A stretch of 33,361 bases of DNA, from NCBI GenBank assembly GCA_030145595.1, contig JAQYVG010000003.1, positions 1 to 33,361 of the forward strand, read 5' to 3'. Below the pieces are notes generated by a model that was given only the letters and a program-made list of their open reading frames with translations, did no database searches and was not told the origin of the DNA. This document shows positions 17,115-23,956 of the stretch, piece by piece. Position 1 is the first letter of the stretch. Each line of letters opens with the position of its first letter. The position numbers were made by a program, and so were the translations under genes. The stretch comes from Desulfobacterales bacterium. Lineage in GTDB: Bacteria > Desulfobacterota > Desulfobacteria > Desulfobacterales > UBA11574.

Positions 17115-18968
17115 CTATCTTTTCAGGTCCTTGACAACGAATGCTTTGAGATCGGCTTCTATTTCCGGATGTTTGGTTTTAATCACCTTGGGCTGGACAT
17201 TGACCAAATGATAAACGCGCTCATAAACAGTTTGGCTGATGACGACTTCACCTGCTGCGGCGCCATCGCAATACCTGGATGCACGGTTGACAGTGTCGCC
17301 GATGACCGTATACTCCAAACGTTCCGCGGACCCGATGAAACCGTGGATGACTGCACCTGTGTGAACACTGATGCCTACGTCAAAAACAGGCAGCCTGCGC
17401 ACTTTTCTTCCTTCTCCCAGCTTGCTGACCGCCCGCTGCATTTCCAGCGCCGCCTTAACCGCCTTTTCACATTGATCGTCGTCTTTTTCGGGACTGCCGA
17501 ATACCGCTAAAACCGAATCTCCGACATATTTGTCCACAACACCGTCATGTTCGAAAACTATGGGAACAAAGGCATCGAACATCTCATTGAGCATCCGGAC
17601 AACTTCGTCCGGCTCCATCTCGGCACTAAGCGCGGTGAAGCTGCGCACATCCGAAACGAGAATAGTAACCGGATCCACTCTTTCTCCTCCGGCCCGTAAA
17701 CGGCTGTCTGTAGCGCAAATTCGTTTGGCAATCTTGGGGGAGAACTGCCTTGAAAGATGAAATCGCAGTTCTTTTTCTCGTTTGAGGTCTTTTCGTAATA
17801 TGTGATCCCTGACAAACATCGCCACCTGGTTGGCAATGGCGCGCATCAATTCCAGATCGGTTCCAAAAAACGCTTCATGGGTTAAATAGTTGTCAACGTA
17901 CATCACTCCCAGAACCTGCTCTCCCAGCAGCAGCGGAACATAAATCGCCGACTGTACGCTGTAGTAAATAGCACTTTCAGGCGTATCATTTCCCTTATGG
18001 CTTTCAGCAGCAGACCAGATAAAAGGCTCACGCCTGTCATAAGCCCGTTTGATCCAGGTCATGCTAACGGAATGATCCCCCTGGGGCCAGTGAGCTTTGA
18101 GAAGCAGCTCGCCCCGCTCGTCCGGCAAGAGAACGGCTCCGCGCTGGGCGTTGGGAATCGCCTGTTGCAAATGTTCGACCAAAATTTGCACCAGAGAATC
18201 CAGTGTGTCGGCTGCACTTAGCATATGACAAAGGTCGTTGAAAGCGGTTAATTGCCGCCGCGACCGGGCAAGCATTTCATCCGCAGAATCATGGCTGGAT
18301 ATCGCATGCTGAAGTGTCGTAATATCCTTTAAATCAACAATAGTCCCTTCGAGAGCCGGGACTGGAACCGGTTCCGCAACAGGTGGCATCGGCCCCACGA
18401 AGTTTGTAACAATGGTTGCAGATTCCGGTGCCTTATCTTCGTCGGATATGTCAACTTTGGGTTCCACCAACTCTGAAATCAAAACGTCAGCATCCGTATC
18501 ATGGCCTGGATCATCAGCGGATGGTATCGGCTCCACCTGCTTCCTGGTTATGGTGGGAGAATCCGGGAACGGGCCGGGAGCGGATACAGGCTCTTCCGGT
18601 CCTATCTGCTCCATTAAACTGGTGGGGGAATCCGAAACCGGACCTGGATCGGGTTCGGATGCCGGCGGTTCCATCTGAACTTCAATCATCGTCCACCCAA
18701 TCTGCACCTTATCCCCCGGTTTCAGCCGCGTTTCGGTTTTAATTGCAGCTCCGTTCACCAAGGTACCATTGGCACTGCCCAGATCTTCAATCCAATATTC
18801 ATTGTTTTCAAAAGTAAGGCATGCATGAATATGGGAAATATAATCATCTTCTACCAAATCGATATCAATGTACTGGTCGGGAGAAGGGTTGCGGCCGAAG
18901 ATGATCGAATTCGATTCAGTCTCAAACTGTTTCGGCGCTTGTAATGGCAGCGAATAACTGATTATCAT
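17115..18968 (-). CDS. FHA - acidic/Pro-rich linker - GAF - class III adenylate cyclase
   Basis: FHA 'IIFGRNPS...ISHIHA...DLGSANGTLVNG'. GAF-like 'RGAVLLPDERGELLL...AIYVPLL'. Cyclase 'VTILVSDVRSFTALS', 'DKYVGDSVLAVFG', 'EYTVIGDTVNRASR'. Start is ATG 18968 (alternative GTG 19007). Confidence 0.88.
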   Translation of the reverse strand: MIISYSLPLQAPKQFETESNSIIFGRNPSPDQYIDIDLVEDDYISHIHACLTFENNEYWIEDLGSANGTLVNGAAIKTETRLKPGDKVQIGWTMIEVQMEPPASEPDPGPVSDSPTSLMEQIGPEEPVSAPGPFPDSPTITRKQVEPIPSADDPGHDTDADVLISELVEPKVDISDEDKAPESATIVTNFVGPMPPVAEPVPVPALEGTIVDLKDITTLQHAISSHDSADEMLARSRRQLTAFNDLCHMLSAADTLDSLVQILVEHLQQAIPNAQRGAVLLPDERGELLLKAHWPQGDHSVSMTWIKRAYDRREPFIWSAAESHKGNDTPESAIYYSVQSAIYVPLLLGEQVLGVMYVDNYLTHEAFFGTDLELMRAIANQVAMFVRDHILRKDLKREKELRFHLSRQFSPKIAKRICATDSRLRAGGERVDPVTILVSDVRSFTALSAEMEPDEVVRMLNEMFDAFVPIVFEHDGVVDKYVGDSVLAVFGSPEKDDDQCEKAVKAALEMQRAVSKLGEGRKVRRLPVFDVGISVHTGAVIHGFIGSAERLEYTVIGDTVNRASRYCDGAAAGEVVISQTVYERVYHLVNVQPKVIKTKHPEIEADLKAFVVKDLKR

Positions 18969-19377
18969 AGCCTTCTTGTGACATTTGTTTTGATCAAGCG
19001 GAGGCACGGCTCTGCCGTTGTTTTTGCATGGCGAAACGTTATTGAAGTTCCCTGTGGTCCCGATTATCTGGATCTGCGCTGCGGCAAACTACGATGAATA
19101 CACTCGCTGTTTCAGTTTAAAATGAAGCTTCAAGGTGATCAACACCGGTTGGCTCAAGCATGTCGTCAAAACCGTTATCGGATGATTTCAATTAAATACA
19201 ATGACTTGTGTCAATTTGTCAAGAAGAATCGGCCGGTCGTCATATGCATAAATGAAGAAATCGGTTGCGAAATCGCAGTATCTCCGCTATTTTCTAACCA
19301 GTGTTCCTATTTGAGTCTGAATTTCTGTTAAAGAAGTTATCCGGCTTTATTTCTTAAAATAATTGAGGAGAAATATT

Positions 19378-19857
19378 ATGCCAAATGTTGACGTGCTTGA
19401 AATTCTACTACAATCTAAGGTGTTTAAGGGACTTTCTGATGAACATTTAAAAAAGTTTGCCGACCGTGGTGATATCGTTACCTTTGAAAAAAATGAAACA
19501 ATCATAAGCGAAGACCAAGCCGGACACCCTTTTTTTATTGTCATCAAGGGCCAAGTAGAAGTCGTTCTTCCTGAGCCAGCCTCGGGTCAAGATTCCGAAA
19601 GGGTTACAAGGATAAAGCTAAACCTGCTGGAGCAAGGTGACTGCATCGGGGAATATTCTCTGATAGACGAACAACCGGCATCTGCTACAGTGATTGCGCT
19701 GGAACCTTGCATACTTTTTGAAATTTCTAGATCGCATTTTGAAGAAATTATTAACATCAGTGATTTTATCGCCAAGACTGTTTATAAAAACATCCTTTTA
19801 ATCACTATCGAAAGGGCTCGCGACGGTAATCGGCAACTCGATATATGCTTTTATTAG
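19378..19857 (+). CDS. Stand-alone CAP/Crp-type cyclic-nucleotide-binding-like domain protein (no DNA-binding domain)
   Basis: 'FKGLSDEHLKKF...FEKNETIISEDQAGHPFFIVIKGQVEV...GDCIGEYSLIDEQPASATVIA'. The GE of the phosphate-binding cassette is present, but the cassette Arg is Ala. GAGGAG RBS before ATG 19378. Confidence 0.7.
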   Translation: MPNVDVLEILLQSKVFKGLSDEHLKKFADRGDIVTFEKNETIISEDQAGHPFFIVIKGQVEVVLPEPASGQDSERVTRIKLNLLEQGDCIGEYSLIDEQPASATVIALEPCILFEISRSHFEEIINISDFIAKTVYKNILLITIERARDGNRQLDICFY

Positions 19858-19975
19858 TGCCTAATCAATCGTTTATAGAGAGTCTCCAAGAGATCGCTTT
19901 GGGAAAAATGCGATTACTATCGCCGTAATATACGAAACTGAGTTTAACAAACAGAAAATTATTGCGAGGAACGGC

Positions 19976-20374
19976 ATGATATACATAGCTAATTTTCTTC
20001 ACGTCACCGACCAGCAAGAAGTTTTGGAATCCGAACGAAGACATGGTGAGTTCAGCCTGATCATCGAATCCGGTAGCCATGAGACCGCCATGCAAAAGTT
20101 CAAAGATCGAATCATCGCATTCAGGGAATCGAGCGATTTCTTTCAAGGCGACTGCCGCATCTTTTTTACACAGCTTTTGGAGTTTGATTCCTTTCCCAAA
20201 ATTGAAGCTATCATGCTGAATTACAAATCGATAGTCGGAGACCCCTTTTTACCATTTATCGGCTGTTCTATCCCAACCGGAGAATCAGATGCCTGCCGCA
20301 TTTTTGATTGGGAAAACAACATGCCGGAAATTGATGGTAAAAACGAGTATCTTTTTCTGGAATTTAAAGATTGA
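19976..20374 (+). CDS. Hypothetical protein (132 aa), no recognisable motif
   Basis: GAGGAA RBS. The stop overlaps the start of the downstream acyltransferase. Preferred over the overlapping 93-aa antisense ORF. Confidence 0.45.
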   Translation: MIYIANFLHVTDQQEVLESERRHGEFSLIIESGSHETAMQKFKDRIIAFRESSDFFQGDCRIFFTQLLEFDSFPKIEAIMLNYKSIVGDPFLPFIGCSIPTGESDACRIFDWENNMPEIDGKNEYLFLEFKD

Positions 20375-20952
20375 ATTATACCATTTTCGATACTCCCGTG
20401 TTGAACATCTTTTTGCGCTGGTTTTCGCTAATCGTCTTAAAAATTACCGGGTGGCGTACGCACGGCCGGCTGCCGGCTACTCTTAAATTTGTGCTTGTCG
20501 GTGCTCCCCATACTTCCAACTGGGATCTTCCATACGCGTTATTCATTATTTTTGTTCTCAGGGGTAAAATATACTGGTTGGGAAAAGAGTCCTTATTTCG
20601 CCGGCCGCTTAAAGGGTTTTTCAAATGGCTGGGAGGCATACCGATTGACCGATCCAAATCGAAAAACGTTGTGGCCCAGTCAATTCAACAATTTCATCAG
20701 AATGAAAAGCTGATTCTTACGATAGCACCGGAAGGCACCCGTTCAAGGGTCAAAAAGTGGAAAACAGGATTCTATCATATCGCCAAAGGCGCAAACGTTC
20801 CCATTGTACTGGGCTTTCTCGATTATCGACGCAAAACTGGAGGAATAGGTCCGGTGATTTATCCAACCGGAAATGTTGATGCGGACATGGAAACTATCAG
20901 AGCGTTTTACGATGGTATCACAGGTAAATTTCCTGAAAAATCAATGACCTAA
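20371..20952 (+). CDS. PlsC-family (lysophospholipid / 1-acyl-glycerol-3-phosphate) acyltransferase
   Basis: H-x4-D motif 'HTSNWD' and motif III 'APEGTRS', after an N-terminal hydrophobic segment. TTG start overlaps the upstream TGA (alternative GTG 20398). Confidence 0.75.
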   Translation: MNYTIFDTPVLNIFLRWFSLIVLKITGWRTHGRLPATLKFVLVGAPHTSNWDLPYALFIIFVLRGKIYWLGKESLFRRPLKGFFKWLGGIPIDRSKSKNVVAQSIQQFHQNEKLILTIAPEGTRSRVKKWKTGFYHIAKGANVPIVLGFLDYRRKTGGIGPVIYPTGNVDADMETIRAFYDGITGKFPEKSMT

Positions 20953-21013
20953 TTTCAAAGCAATTCTCATAATACAGAACTTATTTTCTGCCCTCAGATC
21001 CCCTTGGCACGAC

Positions 21014-21159
21014 GTCTTGTCGGGTCGTCTTGTCGGGTCGAAGCCGGAGGCGAAGACTGAAGCCGGAGGCGTAGCCTGAAGCTTTAGCGTAGGCGGCCCT
21101 GGCGCGACGTAGCTTTAGCGAAGGCGGCCCTGGCGCGACGTAGCTTTAGCGAAGGCGGC
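21014..21159. repeat. Composite GC-rich tandem repeats: 13 nt x2, 19 nt x2, 31 nt x2.5
   Basis: gtcttgtcgggtc at 21014-21026 and 21027-21039. gaagccggaggcg at 21040 and 21059 (19-nt period). gctttagcgNaggcggccctggcgcgacgta at 21081-21111 and 21112-21142, with a partial copy at 21143-21159. Confidence 0.85.
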
Positions 21160-21452
21160 TGACCCCTTGAACTGTAATTTGGAGATGATCCATAAAAGTA
21201 GACTTTCCTTCTGGTTAAATTCGTGTTATTGGTTTTCAGCTTACATCCGGAACTGCAATCCAGCCTTAACAAGTGTCCATCCAGAAATGAGGATTTTTGT
21301 CCAATATCAAGGCATGCGAAAAAAATAACCACAGGCATATGTGTAATATTTCGAGGATTATTTTTTGAGCATAACGCAGAGATTGGGCCAAAAGACCATT
21401 TGTGGATGGGCACTAATTAAATTTTCTCACCTTAAAAATCAGGAGGTAGCGT

Positions 21453-22370
21453 ATGCGAATCTTACTAATCGGCCAAGCGGCATTTGCCGCAAAAACGTTG
21501 GAAAGTATGCTGGCGAGGGGCGACGACGTTGTGGCGGTTTACGCACCGCCGGACAGGCCCGGCGGCCGGCCGGACCCCCTTAAGGATACGGCCGCTTCCA
21601 AGGATATCCCGGTTTATCAGCCCACAACGTATAAAGATGATCAGGTGTTTGCCGAGTACAAGGAACTCAAACCGGATCTCACTGTTTTGGCGTTTGTCAC
21701 GGATATTATTCCGGCACGCTATTTCGAAGTTCCCACGCAAGGGGCTATCTGCTACCATCCTTCGATCCTGCCGCGCCATCGAGGGGCCAGCGCCATTAAC
21801 TGGGCCGTGATCATGGGGGCTACCAAAACCGGGCTGACGATATTCTGGCCGGACGGCGGTATCGACACCGGTGAAATCCTTTTGCAGAAAGAAATTGACG
21901 TAGGTCCGGGCGATACCACCGGTTCCCTCTATTTCAACTACCTTTTCCCCATGGGAGTGGAGGCCATTTTAGAATCCATCGATCTGATCAAAGCAGGTAA
22001 TGCTACCAGAATTTCTCAAGATGAAGCCGAAGCCACCTATGAACCGCCCTGCGATGACCGTGTAGCCGGCATCGACTGGTTCAAACCAGCTCCAGAGGTA
22101 CACAATCTTGTACGCGGCTGCGATCCCCAACCCGGGGCCTTCGCCATGTTCAAGGATGAAAAAGTTCGTTTATATGGTGCAAGACTCATGGAGGAGTCCC
22201 ATGACAAGGCACCGGGAACAATCCTCCAGATTGATGATCAAGGTATACAAGTGGCGGTCTCGGGCGGTAAACTGGCCGTCTCCAAGGTCCGGGCGCCTGA
22301 CATCGGAAAAGTCGCTGCGGCCGAATTTGCCGCTGAGAAAGGGCTGAATGTGGGAGATATGTTAACCTAA
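21453..22370 (+). CDS. Formyltransferase family protein (Fmt-like; resembles the N-terminal hydrolase domain of 10-formyl-THF dehydrogenase)
   Basis: 'MRILLIGQAAF', 'YHPSILPRHRGASAINWAVI', 'GLTIFWPDGGIDTGEILLQKE'. The catalytic His and Asp context is conserved. AGGAGG RBS. Confidence 0.8.
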   Translation: MRILLIGQAAFAAKTLESMLARGDDVVAVYAPPDRPGGRPDPLKDTAASKDIPVYQPTTYKDDQVFAEYKELKPDLTVLAFVTDIIPARYFEVPTQGAICYHPSILPRHRGASAINWAVIMGATKTGLTIFWPDGGIDTGEILLQKEIDVGPGDTTGSLYFNYLFPMGVEAILESIDLIKAGNATRISQDEAEATYEPPCDDRVAGIDWFKPAPEVHNLVRGCDPQPGAFAMFKDEKVRLYGARLMEESHDKAPGTILQIDDQGIQVAVSGGKLAVSKVRAPDIGKVAAAEFAAEKGLNVGDMLT

Positions 22371-22431
22371 TCCGGCTGGTGAGAAAATCATAGATTCTCA
22401 ATAAGTACAGACAAGTTAACTGTGCATCATC

Positions 22432-22508
22432 ATTCTGGATGCCCGCCTTCGCGGGCATGACAGGGTTCTGGTACGTTAGTCATTCCCGCGAAGGCAGGAA
22501 TCCAGAAT
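22432..22508. repeat. REP-like palindromic element pair (inverted 30-nt arms, each containing a GC-rich hairpin)
   Basis: attctggatgcccgccttcgcgggcatgac (22432-22461) against gtcattcccgcgaaggcaggaatccagaat (22479-22508), reverse complements with a few mismatches. This is the widespread 'IPAKAGIQ / AFAGMT'-type intergenic repeat. Confidence 0.7.
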
Positions 22509-22591
22509 AAATTATTTGCAAAAAAAAGACCTTTGAAAATGCCTGCAACGGACATTTTCAAAGGTCTTGTATTTTAATATGTATTTCCTTT
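22497..22591. repeat. Copy 1 of a ~95-nt repeat carrying a terminator hairpin (copy 2 at 27521-27615)
   Basis: Aligned by eye over 95 nt without gaps. I count roughly ten mismatches, most of them in the left third. Same orientation. Confidence 0.8.
22520..22576 (-). terminator. Rho-independent terminator (possibly bidirectional) between the convergent formyltransferase and GcvH-like genes
   Basis: Stem AAGACCTTTGAAAATG / CATTTTCAAAGGTCTT (16 bp). An A8 run on the + strand gives U8 after the hairpin on the minus strand. A weaker T-rich tail follows on the + strand. Confidence 0.7.
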
Positions 22592-22717
22592 ATCCAGCGG
22601 GAGGTTTACACTATCGTTGCATACATAACACATCGAGCTTTGATAAAAATATTATTTTTTGCAACGTTTATTAAATTCAGAATCCTACTATGGATCCGGG
22701 CACAAAATTATTGACGA

Positions 22718-23647
22718 TCAGGTTTTAAGAAAGGTTTTTATAAACTTGGCCCAGTTTTCCCCTTCCAGTTCCTGGGAAATATCTTCAACCGAAACACCGC
22801 CATCTGCGGCCACCGAAAAATCCTCATTGGCCATGGCAAAGAGCTTTTCCCTTTCCTCATTAATAAAATTGCGGGCCTCTTGGCCATAGTAGAGTCCCTT
22901 TAAGTTTTTGCGCAGCCTGGTTGGCTCAATAGTAAATAACCATCCATTTTCATAGGGAGATTCATTGGCCAGCTCGGGTAGATCCCAAAGTTTATAGTTA
23001 ACATGTGACACTATGCCATCCATTGGGGAGAGGACCTTTGCAGCCTTTCCATTGCGTCTGACTTGCAATCCCACCTCACCTTGTTTTACTTCCTGGCCGA
23101 TATTCGGCAAGTCAATCCTGCCAAGCTTACCGAGCAGCTTCTGGGCAAAGTCGTCCAGACCTACCCGAACACGTCCGCCATATTCGGGTTTGGCCCATGC
23201 ATGGCCCTCATGATAGTAAAAGTCTTCCGCCAGTTCGAATCCGCTCTCCTGGGTTCGGGCATTTACCGGCAGGATCTCGGCTTGCAGACGCTCCTGCATC
23301 ATCTGATCAAATGAGCATGTGCCGCACTCATAAGCACTGGGGCATATCTTGCGACCGACTTCCCCGGTAATCATATACCGGCATTGTCGCCGATTAGCCG
23401 GGAACTGCATCATCTTTTCCACCCAGGTTTCATTGAACTTCTCAGGCGCTGCCGGAAACGGCTGCATTACAGCGGCCGCCTTATGCCGGGCCACCTTATC
23501 CTGCATGCCGTGGTCGTATGAGCATGTGGAGCAATCAAAGTTGTTATCACACAGTTTGTAGGACACAACCCCTGCCTCCATCCATACGCATTTCTTCTTT
23601 CCCGCTGGAACAATTCTCATCGATTCTCTCTTTTTTGTAGCTTTCAT
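22718..23647 (-). CDS. GcvH-like (glycine-cleavage H / lipoyl-carrier fold) protein with duplicated N-terminal 4-Cys motifs
   Basis: C-terminal half 'YYHEGHAWAKPE...VRVGLDDFAQKLLG...LPNIGQEVKQGE...SPMDGIVSHVN...SPYENGWLFTIEP' matches the GcvH fold pattern. The N-terminus has two copies of C-x12-C-x5-C-x2-C. GGAGG RBS. Confidence 0.75.
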   Translation of the reverse strand: MKATKKRESMRIVPAGKKKCVWMEAGVVSYKLCDNNFDCSTCSYDHGMQDKVARHKAAAVMQPFPAAPEKFNETWVEKMMQFPANRRQCRYMITGEVGRKICPSAYECGTCSFDQMMQERLQAEILPVNARTQESGFELAEDFYYHEGHAWAKPEYGGRVRVGLDDFAQKLLGKLGRIDLPNIGQEVKQGEVGLQVRRNGKAAKVLSPMDGIVSHVNYKLWDLPELANESPYENGWLFTIEPTRLRKNLKGLYYGQEARNFINEEREKLFAMANEDFSVAADGGVSVEDISQELEGENWAKFIKTFLKT

Positions 23648-23725
23648 TTTATTTTCCTCCTAATTTTTACCTGTTTTTTATTATCGTTTTTTTGTTTGTT
23701 GACTCGATTATTAGCAAGAGTTATT

Positions 23726-23741
23726 AGCAAGAGCTGTGCCA
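23726..23741 (-). promoter_or_regulatory. Sigma-54 (RpoN) -24/-12 promoter TGGCACagctcTTGCT (minus strand)
   Basis: Exact consensus match, about 80 nt upstream of ATG 23647. It sits directly downstream of an operon encoding a sigma-54-dependent response regulator. Confidence 0.8.
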
Positions 23742-23956
23742 CCATGTAACAGAATGAAAAAAAAGATTATAACCATCTGATATTTTACATATTAATTTTC
23801 AAGGGATTGCAACAGGTTCCAAAGCTGTATGTCGGACTGCCTAAATATTCGGCAAACAATATTTATCATAAAACTGGAGAATGGCGTAACCTTCTGATTA
23901 TTAGATAAATATAGAGGGTGCCGAAAAACAAGACAGGTTGCCGAGAATATCGACAT

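Noticed and set aside
19122-19331. 69-aa ORF in the divergent intergenic region between the cyclase and the cNMP-binding-like gene
   Set aside because: It has no RBS and a Cys/Asn-rich odd composition. The region is more likely to hold promoters for the two flanking genes.
21005-21020. TGGCAC hexamer (ttggcacgacgtcttgt) that looks like a sigma-54 -24 box upstream of the formyltransferase gene
   Set aside because: The -12 element is missing: the TTG is shifted by one base and is followed by T instead of C. It also lies about 440 nt from the start codon, inside a repeat-rich stretch.
21014-21159. Possible CRISPR array
   Set aside because: The repeats are directly tandem with no unique spacers, there are three different unit lengths, and no cas genes are nearby.
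21084-21413. 109-aa minus-strand ORF
   Set aside because: Its C-terminal half is just a translation of the GC-rich tandem repeats ('LKLRRARAAFAKATSRQGRLR'). It has no RBS and is typical of a repeat-derived spurious ORF.
21180-21452. Possible THF or ZTP riboswitch upstream of the formyltransferase gene
   Set aside because: I could not find the conserved cores, for example the CCGCCUGGGC-type pseudoknot element of ZTP or the THF aptamer consensus. Only a covariance-model scan could settle this.
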